From assembly GCF_009834535.1 (NCBI RefSeq), contig NC_045697.1, positions 46,316,001-46,380,000 on the forward strand: 64,000 bases of DNA. Reading direction: 5' to 3'. A program made the position numbers and the translations under genes. Of the stretch, positions 53,341 through 64,000 are shown in pieces. The notes beneath the pieces are model-generated. The model was not told where the DNA came from. It saw only the letters and a program-made list of their open reading frames with translations, and ran no database searches. Source of the stretch: Camelus ferus. Lineage: Eukaryota. Each line of letters starts with the position of its first letter. Positions within the stretch are counted from its first letter, which is position 1.

Positions 53341-56109
53341 AGTTTTAACAAATACTTAGCTATTTTGTTTTAAAAAATTGGAAGAATTATACAGCTGAAC
53401 AAACTTTGCCATCATCTAGAGTCTATATTTTTTGTAGTAGGAGAAGATATTAGGATAAAAATATTAATTGTGGTTTAGAAAATCATTTTGGCTTAGAATA
53501 TCAGAATTTGTTTTTCTGAGCTAACTGAAAATTGACTCTATATCCACATCTATGTGTCTATATATCTTCCTGTCTAGTTTATCTATATATCTATCACTAT
53601 CTGTCTACCTATCCCTCCATCTATCCATAAATCATCTATTTGCACTAACACTCCACCCAATATTTGACTTGTAGATGGACCTAAATTCCAGTTTCTGGTT
53701 CTAGGATTTATGTTGAATAATTACATGTAGACAATCAAATGGAGATTTAATCAAAGCCAATCACTTTTAGTTATTTGACTCTTAAATGTATGTGTCTTCA
53801 GCATTTTTGAGTTCTATGCAGGAAGAAGCAAACTGTCCTTTGCAAACAGAGGTAACTTATTACATATGAGTAGGTAATTCGTTCTCTCAAACACTGTCAC
53901 AATCATGTTTTTTACTTATTTGAATGTGTCTATATGCTTATCTGTGTATAAATGTTTAAACTTTGAGATTTTATTCTTTCCATTTGAGGGAAATTAATTG
54001 TGTCTCCAGATATGGTTTAATATTACCACAATTATTTTAAGAGTCAGTCTTGTTAGTTGATAATGTTATTTAGGGTAGGAATGCCTGTATTGGTCAAGGG
54101 ACAAAATTCATGTTTAGTTTCTCTGCACGCTATGAGCAAAGAATTCTCATTAAGTGCCATTGTATACTCATTGATAAGTGAAGTGACACCTGGGTCACAG
54201 TGGCATCTATCTTTGCAATATAAATCCCCGTGGCTACATATGAAAGGCTTGTTCAGACTTGCATCTGCATATAAAAGCAGGGATAGTCTTCACGCTGTCA
54301 ACAGCCTAATTTTAGTATCCACGATTTAAGGTGCTGCTTGAAGTTTTGTTCTCCTTGGTATAAATTTAGCAATAAATGTAATCATTTGGTTGCTGCTGTA
54401 GCAGTTTAAGATGTAGAAGTGTAATGTGAAGAATTTTAATCCACATTACTTATGTGTTATATAAAAGCATATATCATTTTATATCATACATCTAAATACT
54501 AGTCTATAATAAATATTCAAAATTAAATCCTGACTTTAGGGATTTGGATGCTTTATTAAATATAAATATGACTTCAGCAATTGTTTAAAATTGTTTTCCC
54601 AAATGTAATAAAAAAAAACCTAAAGCATAAATTTGTTGTCCAAAAATTGAATACATACATATGTCTTCTATTAGGACTGAATGCCTGGAATGAGTTCACT
54701 AAATACTTGCTGTACTGAAGGAAAACAGCATCATAGTAACTAATTTTCCAGCTAAAGCTTTAGGAAGATTTTTAATAAAAAATTTTAATTTACAATCTAG
54801 AAAGTAGCCTATAATTTCCCTTCAAAGTGAAACTTTAAAAACTGTACATTTCTTTAAAGTTTTTTAATTGGTATTATCCATCAAGTATTAATTTTTAAAA
54901 CCTAAAGTGGTTTTTAAAATTTGTTTTTCTTTGAAAGATCCTGTTAAATGACTGTTCTTAGTCTCAGATTAGCTGGGAATTTAGCTGTCTGACAGATGAC
55001 CCAAAGAGCTGTGGATACTTTTAAGTAGGGGCAGCTAATGAAAATTTGTATGAATCACGTATAGCCTGAATTCATCAACACATTCTTAGTTATTAAATTT
55101 CAACCTGGAACAACATACACTGTTTTAGAGTCCCAAAAGTGAGGATTTAACTCTTAAAACCTAAACATAGCTAGGGATAAATCATTGCATTCCTAGGATC
55201 ATGTACATTAGCAAAATCTCCCAATAAATATTTTTCAGTGATAATGATGTATAAGCATTCAAGATTTCTCTTTAAATGTGCCAAAAGCAGTTTGATAAGA
55301 TAAACAAATTATCTAAGTGCCTAATTTTCTAGGAAAAAATATATGAGTTGCATGTAAAATTTTTGCTCTATGATGTTAACAACTGAGGTTAAAGTTTTAA
55401 GTCTAGAAACACTCAGGTGAAAATTATCATTTTCATGCCACATTCTTCCACACTGAGTAAATTAATTTATTCTATTTTCCACCTGATTGAATAGTGGTGA
55501 TATACTATACCTTTCATTTGGATTTGTCTAACATTTATCTAAATGCATCATTTAAATATGGACTGAGTTTTCATTTAGCCATTATTTGACATAATGGTTG
55601 GAGTTTGTGTACTTTATTCTGATATTGTCTGTTGAGTGTATGTGGGAGAGAGAGAGAATGTTAGTCTTAAGAACTTTGAAAAATAAGTCACTTTATATCT
55701 TAGCTCAGTCTGCTTTGTAAAAGAGATGAGAAGGGATCCAGGTGTTAACTTTGTATAACTAGTAACTTGGCCCTTAAAAGAGAATTTATAACAGTTGCTG
55801 CCTCAAGGCTTCAGATGGTCTCTGCTTCCTCTCTGCCCTCATCTCTCACTTTCTTCATCGCTCAGCCTGTTCCTGCCATGCGATCTTACTTTTCTACAGA
55901 TATGCCAAAGACATTTTCACCCCAGGGCCTTTGAATTTGTTATTTTCTCTACTAGAATTATTCTTCCCCATAGGAAGTTTCACTGACTTCCTTAGAATCT
56001 CTGCTCAAGTGCCACCTGAAAATCTCTATGATATTACAACTCCTCCAGCACTGGTCCCCAACACACATGCTCATATATACTGACATTCTGTACCCCCTTT
56101 CTGATTGAG

Positions 56110-59100
56110 AGTCACCCTTTTCTTTTGGCATAGATTATTCGCAAGTGGTGCTGTGCACTTTGTAATGCATCACATCAACTGTTCTGTTTGTGATGCCAAG
56201 ATAGATCAGAGAAACCATGTTATAAAAGCCTGATTCATCATAGTGATTATTTTATATTTTTGACATGGCTTACATTAGTCTTTGATAAATTTCTTTAGTT
56301 TGGGCACAGTATGTCTCAGACACATCTTTTACTTTTTCTATTTCAAAACTGGAGTGAACCATTCAACTCCAAGGAGCCTTAGATGTTTTAGATAGATTAT
56401 GGTATTTAGAGAACATATTTGGATACTAAGGGTGCTAATTGTTATTGGGTTTTCATTGCTTCTAAGCATTTTCAGCAGGTGGAGCTAGGAAACTCAACAG
56501 TTTTAAAAAATCATGAGTTAATGGTATAGTTTCAATTCTAATTTAGCATTAAAAGATGTTACTTAATATTTTTGAATATATACTTTGTACCTCTTTTCTC
56601 TTACATGAAAAATCTTGGCCTTACCAATATTAAAATACTTATTTGCTCTATCCTATTTTTTATATATATATATTTAGATATATATATCTGCAAATTAATA
56701 ATGAAATGGGTATTAATAAAATTAAGGCTAATGAATGAAATAAACTTTTTGCTGGTCTGTTTATCCCTGGATTATATTCTGTTATTGCTATACAAGCAAA
56801 ATACTGTGTTAAGTTACTTGAAATCATTTCTTATGTAAATTTGGTTATGTATCCAGTTTATTTGTTTCAGTTTATTTCCAGTTCTTGTGTCTACTATATT
56901 ATTTCTATTTGTCCTACCCATTCTTTGTTCATCTGTTTCTTTCTTTTTTTTTTTTGTTTTTTGCCTTCTTTTGGATTAATATAATTTTTTTTGTAATCCA
57001 TTCCATCTCCTTATTTTCTTTTAAAGCTGTATCTCTCTGCTGTTTTTCAGTGGTTGCTTTAGAGATAAAGCTTCTTTAACTTCTCACAATCTACAATCAA
57101 ATAATAGTATACTAGTTAAAAATAATATATAAACACTACTGTGGCCTAATTTCCATTTCCCCCTCTATCTCTATGTGCTCCTATTGTCATATATGGTACT
57201 TCTAGAAAAGTTATGAATTCAATAATACGATATTATTAGTTTAGTGCTAAGTAATCAATAGTCATAAAGAAATTTTATTTATTTTATGTATTTAGATTCT
57301 GTGTTTGTGCATATGTTTACTCCTGTTTCTTTTTATTTCTTCCTGCAAACCTAGACTTCCATATAGTGTCTTTTCCTCCAGTTTCAAGAATTTCATTTAG
57401 CACTCGTGGTTGTTGAAGTCTGTTGCAGATAAATTATGTCAGGTTTTGCTTGTCTTTTTTTTTTTTTTTAACATTAAAGGAATGATTCTTTTTTTTTTAA
57501 CATTTTTTATTGATTTATAATCATTTTACAATGTTGTGTCAAATTCCAGTGTTCAGCACAATTTTTCAGTTATTCATGGACATATACACACTCATTGTCA
57601 CATTTTTTTCTCTGTGAGTTATCATAATATTTTGTGTATATTTCCCTGTGCTATACGGTGTAGTCTATTCTACAATTTTGAAATCCCAGTCTATCCCTTC
57701 CCACCCTCCACCCCCCTGGTAACCACAAGTCTGTATTCTCTGTCTGTGAGTCTATTTCTGTCCTTTATTTACGCTTTGTTTTTGTTTGTTTGTTTTTGTT
57801 TTTGTTTTTTAGATTCCACATATGAGTGATCTCATATGGTATTTTTCTTTCTCTTTCTGGCTTACTTCACTTAGAATGACATTCTCCAGGAGCCTCCATG
57901 TTGCTGTAAATGGCATTATGTTGTCGGTTTTTATGGCTGAGTAGTATTCCATTGTATAAATATACCACTTCTTCTTTATCCAGTCACCTGTTGATGGTGT
58001 TTCCATGTGTTGGCTATTGTAAATAGTGCTGCTATGAACATTGGGGTGCAGGTGTCATCCTGAAGTAGATTTCCTTCTGGATACAAGCCCAGGAGTGGGA
58101 TTCCTGGGTCATATGGTAAGTCTATTCCTAGTCTTTTGAGGAATCTCCACACTGTTTTCCATAGTGGCTGCACCAAACTGCATTCCCACCAGCAGTGTAG
58201 GAGGGTTCCCCTTTCTCCACAGCCTCTCCAGCATTTGTCATTTGTGGATTTTTGAATGACGGCCATTCTGACTGGTGTGAGGTGATACCTCATTGTAGTT
58301 TTGATTTGCATTTCTCTGATAATTAGTGATATTGAGCATTTTTTCATGTGCTTTTTGCTCATTTGTATGTCTTCCTTGGAGAATTGCTTGTTTAGGTCTT
58401 CTGCCCATTTTTGGATTGGGTTGTTTATTTTTTCTTATTGAGTCGTATGAGCTGCTTATATATTCTGGAGATCAAGCCTTTGTCGGTTTCACTTGCAAAA
58501 ATTTTCTCCCATTCCATAGGTTTTCTTCTTGTTTTATTTCTGGTTTCCTTCGCTGTGCAGAAGCTTGTAAGTTTCATTAGGTCCCATTTGTTTATTCTTG
58601 CTTTTATTTCTTCTAGGAGAAAATTTTTTAAATGTATGTCAGATAATGTTTTGCCTATGTTTTCCTCTAGGAGGTTTATTGTATCTTGTCTTATGTTTAA
58701 GTCTTTCATCCATTTTGAGTTGATTTTTGTATATGGTGTAAGGGAGTGTTCTAGCTTTTGCTTGTCTTAATATGTCTATTTTCCTTACATTCTTGAGTGG
58801 TATTTTCTCAGGATATGGAAATTTAGGTTGACTCTTTTCGTCCCCATACAGCATTTTTGAGAGTTCCACTGTCTTGTGTTTTACATTGTTTCTGATAAAA
58901 AGTTGGCTGTCATGCTTAGAGCTGTTTTCTCTGCATAGGATGTCTTGGGCTAAAGGATAATGAGGGACAAAGCAGGTATACTCTTATGATATTCTCTGGT
59001 TTTCATAAGTTTTATTATATGTTCTTGATAAGGTTTTCCATATGTTTATCCTGCTTAAAGGTCACAAATTTTCTTTGATTTGAAGGTTTATGCCTTTCAT

Positions 59101-60330
59101 CAAGTCTAGGAAATTCTTAACCATTATTTTTTTTTTCAAATCTTTCTTCCCCTCTCTTTCTTCTTACTGGGACACCAATTACTCATGTGACGGACCATTA
59201 GATATATATTGTCCCACTGGTCTCAGATTCTCTTTAGTTATTTTTTTCTCTTTGTTTTTCAATTTGAGCAATTTCTATAATCCTACCTTCAGGTTCAGTG
59301 AGTTTTTCTTCTTGTATGTCCTGTCTATTTTTATATACATCAAAATGTTCTTTATATCTGATAGTACAATTTTTGTCTCTAGTTTTTCCATTTTGTTCTT
59401 AATGAGAGTTTCCATATTCCTGCTAAAATCCACCTTTCTCATTAGAACTTCTAATATTTTTATTGTAGTTACTTTAAAGCCCTTGTCTGTTAGCTGTAGA
59501 TTTGCCTATATTAACTGTATTCCCATTGATTATGGTCATATTGTCCTGCTTCTTTGTGTGTACCATAATTTGTAATTTTATGCTGGACACTGTCATAAAA
59601 ATAGAATAACCTGGATAATATTTACCTCTAGAAACATATATATACTTCCACTGTCATGTTGCTAATCTGTGGTTGAGCAGGGTCTTGGTTTGTTGCCATC
59701 TTAGTTATTTTTAGTTCACTGCTGGCTTCCAAAATTTTGAGGACAGGGTCAGGGGTTTCCCTTTAGCAGAGCTCTCTGTCTTTCCCTTTCGCTTTCCCTT
59801 TCCCTCCCTCTCTCTCACTCTAGCTCACCTGTGAGCTTCTGGGGTTGCAGTGGAGTTCTCTTTGCTCTCCAGCTGCCGAGACCATACGTCCTCTGTCTCC
59901 ACCAGCTGCTACTTTCTGTACCTGGAGAGGCCTGTTCACGTATTGATTCTCTGCCTGCAGCCTTTGACTGGCCCTATTCCTCGCACTCTCAAAGGCCCCA
60001 TGAGCCTCGGAGGGATCTTTCTCAGTTCTGCACTCAGGTTTCAGCAGGCTACTGCCATGTGTTTCCAAAAGGCTCTGGGCCCCTCAGGCCTATTTTTCTT
60101 ATTCCTCTTCCCATTCCCCAAACTTTCAACCGTCAGTGGGCTGCTTCCTTTCCCTTAGGAAGGCCCTAGGTGTCTTTGAAAAGGGAATTATTTCAGCACT
60201 CTCCTGCTTTTCTCCCTAGCTTTCGGTTGACTACTGCTTTGCTTTTACAGACAATGTCATGTACTATGTGGGGATCTCTCTTTGCTTTCTTGCTATGTCT
60301 CCAACTTTTGGCAGGGTTCTGCCTTGCTCT
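56110..60330 (-). mobile_element. Ancient L1M (L1MC-like) remnant, from 3' end to ORF1/5' region, interrupted by a young L1
   Basis: L1MC-like 3' motifs at ~56350-56490; ORF 58639..58869 begins QPKFPYPEKIPLKN, resembling ORF1p QPRILYPAKISFKN; boundaries approximate. Confidence 0.6.
57457..58755 (-). mobile_element. Young camelid-type LINE-1, 5'-truncated, with 13-bp TSD and double poly-A
   Basis: ORF 57976..58362 is the L1 ORF2 Cys-rich C-terminus ([18 protein letters not shown]); TSD TTTTGCTTGTCTT at 57444-57456 and 58756-58768. Confidence 0.95.
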
Positions 60331-63300
60331 TAGTGAACGCTATTTTAGCCATCATATCTTACTATTATGAGGTATGGGTTAAATGTTTCATTAACTGCAA
60401 ACTGTGTGCCTGAATCTCAAGAAAAATAAAGATACATAGATATTTGCAAATTAAATGTTAACAGTATGTGTAGAGTCACTAGAATTTTGCAGATGCCATA
60501 ACAGAATGAAGAGAAAAAATTTTGGAGATGAATTTATCAGGCAAACTCAGTACTTCCCTTCACGACATCAACTGAACATCCATGTGGTGTGTTGTCTCTG
60601 CTGTAAAATGGGACATTTATAGATTGAGCTTCCATTAGAAAAAAGTATATGAAACTTATATTTCAGCTCAAAATCATTCAGTTTTATTTAAAGTAGAAGA
60701 TAACACAGCTTATTTTATTTATTATATATGTGTGTATATATATCTCTCTTTGTCTTTCTCTCTCGTTATGAGTGTATGTGTATGTATATATGTATGCTGT
60801 GTGTATATATATATTGCTGATAGTTGAATGTGGTCTTATTATATTATTAATATTAAATATGTAAGGACCAGTAACTTGCCCTTTTACTAAACAAAAAAAT
60901 GAAGTAAACCTTTCAGGAAGTTCTGACCTTCAGAGAGAGAGAGAGAATAGTAGATGCCTACTCTTCACTCTGTACATCCAGTTGCTACAGGAAATCTTCA
61001 CTCAAAAAGCCTATTGTGTTCTCAAGTCAGCATTTTTCCTGATATTTGTGATTTCCTGAACCTCTTGAATTGTCTTGTGTGTCTGTTCCTTTGTTTATCT
61101 GTGCTTTGAGTACAATTTAAAATTTGAATCACTTGTTTACTGTTGCACAAAGCAAGAAGGTTTAGTAAACTCTTGTTTGGAGTAGAGGTATAAATAACTC
61201 AGCTATCTGTGTTTGAAAAGTCTAAACTAAAGTGCAGTTGTATGCTTCAGCTTGTCAATGGATATTTATGAGGTGAGCGTAATGCTATAACGGTTATAGC
61301 AGTGAAATATACCCTGTGCAGATAGCTAGTAAAGGAGCTCACAGGTGTTAACGCCAGCAGAATTTTAATGCTCAAGAGATGGGAAATGTGGCATTTGCTC
61401 TGGTTAATGCTGCTCTTGCTGGTCACGGTGAAAATCAGTGGGTGAAATCAGTTTTCAAATATTGCAACAGAGTTGGAGTCTGTATACTTAACCAACGGCA
61501 AATATATTAGTTCCTACTGTTGTCTTATTTTTATGTCCTGGTTTAGTTAATTGCAGAACAGTAACAAAGCAGTGGACATTTTTATTCTGAGCATCAACTT
61601 TCCACTCCTACTTATTATGAGACCCAAGAGAAGGAATTGCCAATAATGAAACATCAGTGAACTTCTTACTCTAATAGATACTTGATGTTGCCTGAAAATC
61701 ACTTAAGCAAAGTTGAAGTTGACAGATTCTAATTGTGAGTTTAGCTTTTGTTATGACCAGAGTTCTACTGGTGATTTATTTTGGGTACATCCTGTTTCTT
61801 CCTATACTGAGAGAAAGTGGGTAATGGAATAAAACTTCTGCACAGAGCTCTGCTGTAAGAGATGAATTGGGATATAAAAACATTTCTAGTTTATAAAGAA
61901 TCGTATTATGCTTATTTTTCCTAGCAGTCAAAGAAAATGAATTTAAGCTTTTAGTCTTTAGAACTAGGGAATTTATTCCTACAGAAGAACTTTCAGGATT
62001 TTTTTTTTTTTGGAATAACATAGTTTCAGCATGCTTGTGTGTATAAATTTCAAATTCATATTATCTATGTTAACTTAGTGAAGATTAAAATCAAAGGAAT
62101 AATCATTTGACATCAGCTTTCTGCACAGTAGTTCAGTAAGTTCTACCAGAATAAGAAAAGGCAAGGAAGAAGAGAGTTAGACATGTTGGGATCTTTTGTA
62201 TAAGGTAGATAGATGTTGAGGTTAATATATTTATTGGAGAATTTTAAAGGTTCTGATGAATATGGAGTCTTTATGATTAAGAAAATTAAGACAGAAACAT
62301 ATTAATTTACATTTACTTATCTCTAATCTACTTCTAAAAAAAATTGAGAAAACTATATATATAAAACTTCAGAATAAATTAAGAAATAATCATAGGCCAA
62401 AGTTAAGATATAGCTATACCAGAAAATGTACACTAAAGGTAGCAGTGCTTTTAGGGCATGATGTAAACCTGAGCTTTTTGAAAGTCAAGGCACAAAGAGA
62501 AAGGCTGAGTTATGTAATTGTCATTATTTAATAGGAGAAGTACGTGAGCTTACCAGAAGTGACAAGTTTTTTCCTAGCTAGCTCTGAACTCCAAGAATTA
62601 CTCCCTTCATATCAGCATCCTCAACAGCAACTTCCCAAAATGCAGAATTCTCTCTATATGACCAAAATTTATGTGGGCTCAATATGAAGGGATAATACTG
62701 AAATGTCCTAGATTTGTTTAGGGAGGCATTTCTAAAGAGAGGTAAAGAAACCAAGCCCAGATATAATGATAGTTTACTGGCGACCAGACTTAACATAGGT
62801 ATGAATAGCTTGAGTAATAGTTATCAAACTACGTTTTTAGTGTAAACAAAAACAAAATCTTATACTGAATTGCAATTTTAAAGGGTAGGTGAGAGTTCAG
62901 CTCCTTGGGTTGGATTAGGATTGAGAGGCTTGCAGTGGCCTCCTTGCTCCATTCTCGTGCAGCATTCCAGCCGTAGCGGCCCCTGACGCACCTCGTAGAA
63001 CCCACAGGACTTCATGGACTGTGGTATAAAAAATGCACTGACCTACAGAAACTGATGGCTGGCATTTCACTTAGGACCTCACTCTCAAAGATAGTTTTGC
63101 CAACTGATCTGGGGAGAAAGGATTCCAGAATTTTTATTGATAAGTGCCTGAGGTATAAATACTCTATTGATGGAATGGAGATACATGTGTGTGTATATAT
63201 ATATATATACACACACCCGAGATACTATGTGTGTCTTTAGAAAGTCTGATGTTGTATGAAAATTAAAGAGGTCCCCTTATATTCTTATTTAAATATAATG

Positions 63301-64000
63301 GACTCCAGTGTACACAGGACTTGAGGCAGGCCATGTGTGCACACACACACACACAAACGTTTTTTAAAATAGACTGCTGATTGTGACCTGGACTAATGCT
63401 TGAAAAGGCATTTTATGAAAACTCTTAGAATGAAAATGCTGACTGTGAATTATCACACTTATTCATCATTGGCTTCTGCCACACCCATGCACTCTTGAGT
63501 AGAGCTGTGTTCACATGGGTTCACCAGGGTAGTAACTGTAAAAACCTAGAGATGAGTAAATGAGTTGACCTTTGGGAACACTGAATGCTGAAAAATTTTG
63601 GCATAGTTGGTAGTTGGTGGCGATTCCTAAGAGTGAGTAGTCAGCAGGTTCATGGGCTGACGTTTAAACATATAACTATATTTTGCTGATTGAATTTACT
63701 ATTTGAAAACTACTTTTTCAAACCATCAAATATATGAATATACAGAAAAGGTATAAAATAGAATGTAAGAAATCATATGCAGTTCTACTACTCATAGCAT
63801 GTTCGTGCAGTCTGTTCGTCTTGTCTTTTACTCTTTAGATATATATTGCATAATTATAGTTATGTCCATATACAAGTTGGCATTTCCCTATGTCTTATTA
63901 TCATTTCCCTTCATCTTTAAATTTTTTTAATTTTTTCTATTTTAGTGGCTACATAATATTTAGTTACATAGGTGAATCATAATTTATTTAGTTATTCTCT

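Larger units (their letters stand above)
14415..64000 (+). other. ANTXR2: Long last intron of ANTXR2 (intron 16 equivalent), probably continuing beyond the window
   Basis: GT donor at 14415; no exon encoding the spliced GRCINFSRVPSQ terminus seen; the human intron is known to be tens of kb. Confidence 0.75.

Noticed and set aside
57976..58709. Active L1 ORF2 or a host gene
   Set aside because: 5'-truncated, frameshifted fragment without EN/RT domains
59090..59575. 161-aa Phe-rich membrane-protein-like ORF
   Set aside because: T-rich antisense strand of an old L1M; compositional artefact
14415..64000. Terminal exon GRCINFSRVPSQ, nested genes, snoRNA or miRNA
   Set aside because: None recognised by eye; an Rfam/BLAST search is needed to exclude small RNAs

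Overview
Mammalian genomic DNA, AT-rich and most likely camelid, judged from a vic-1-like tRNA-Ala SINE and camelid-type L1 3' ends. It holds the 3' part of ANTXR2 (CMG2, anthrax toxin receptor 2) on the + strand. Four phase-0 coding exons of the cytoplasmic tail lie at 7807-7851, 8702-8794, 13870-14037 and 14334-14414 (human exons 13-16 by homology). About 49.6 kb of the long last intron follows, and the spliced terminal exon (human GRCINFSRVPSQ) was not found in the window. The last exon can read through into the intron to an alternative C-terminus with a nearby AATAAA. The intron holds an orphan CpG island (~19.9-20.7 kb), several enhancer-like motif clusters, many L1/L2/CR1/MIR/MER2 fragments and microsatellites. 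Most ORF-track entries are spurious or L1 remnants. I found no convincing new biological system. The best leads are splicing/polyadenylation features of the ANTXR2 tail exons, the intronic CpG island, and two unusual young L1 insertions (a short 3' transduction and a ~35-bp micro-insertion). Repeat family names and human comparisons come from recall, not database searches.
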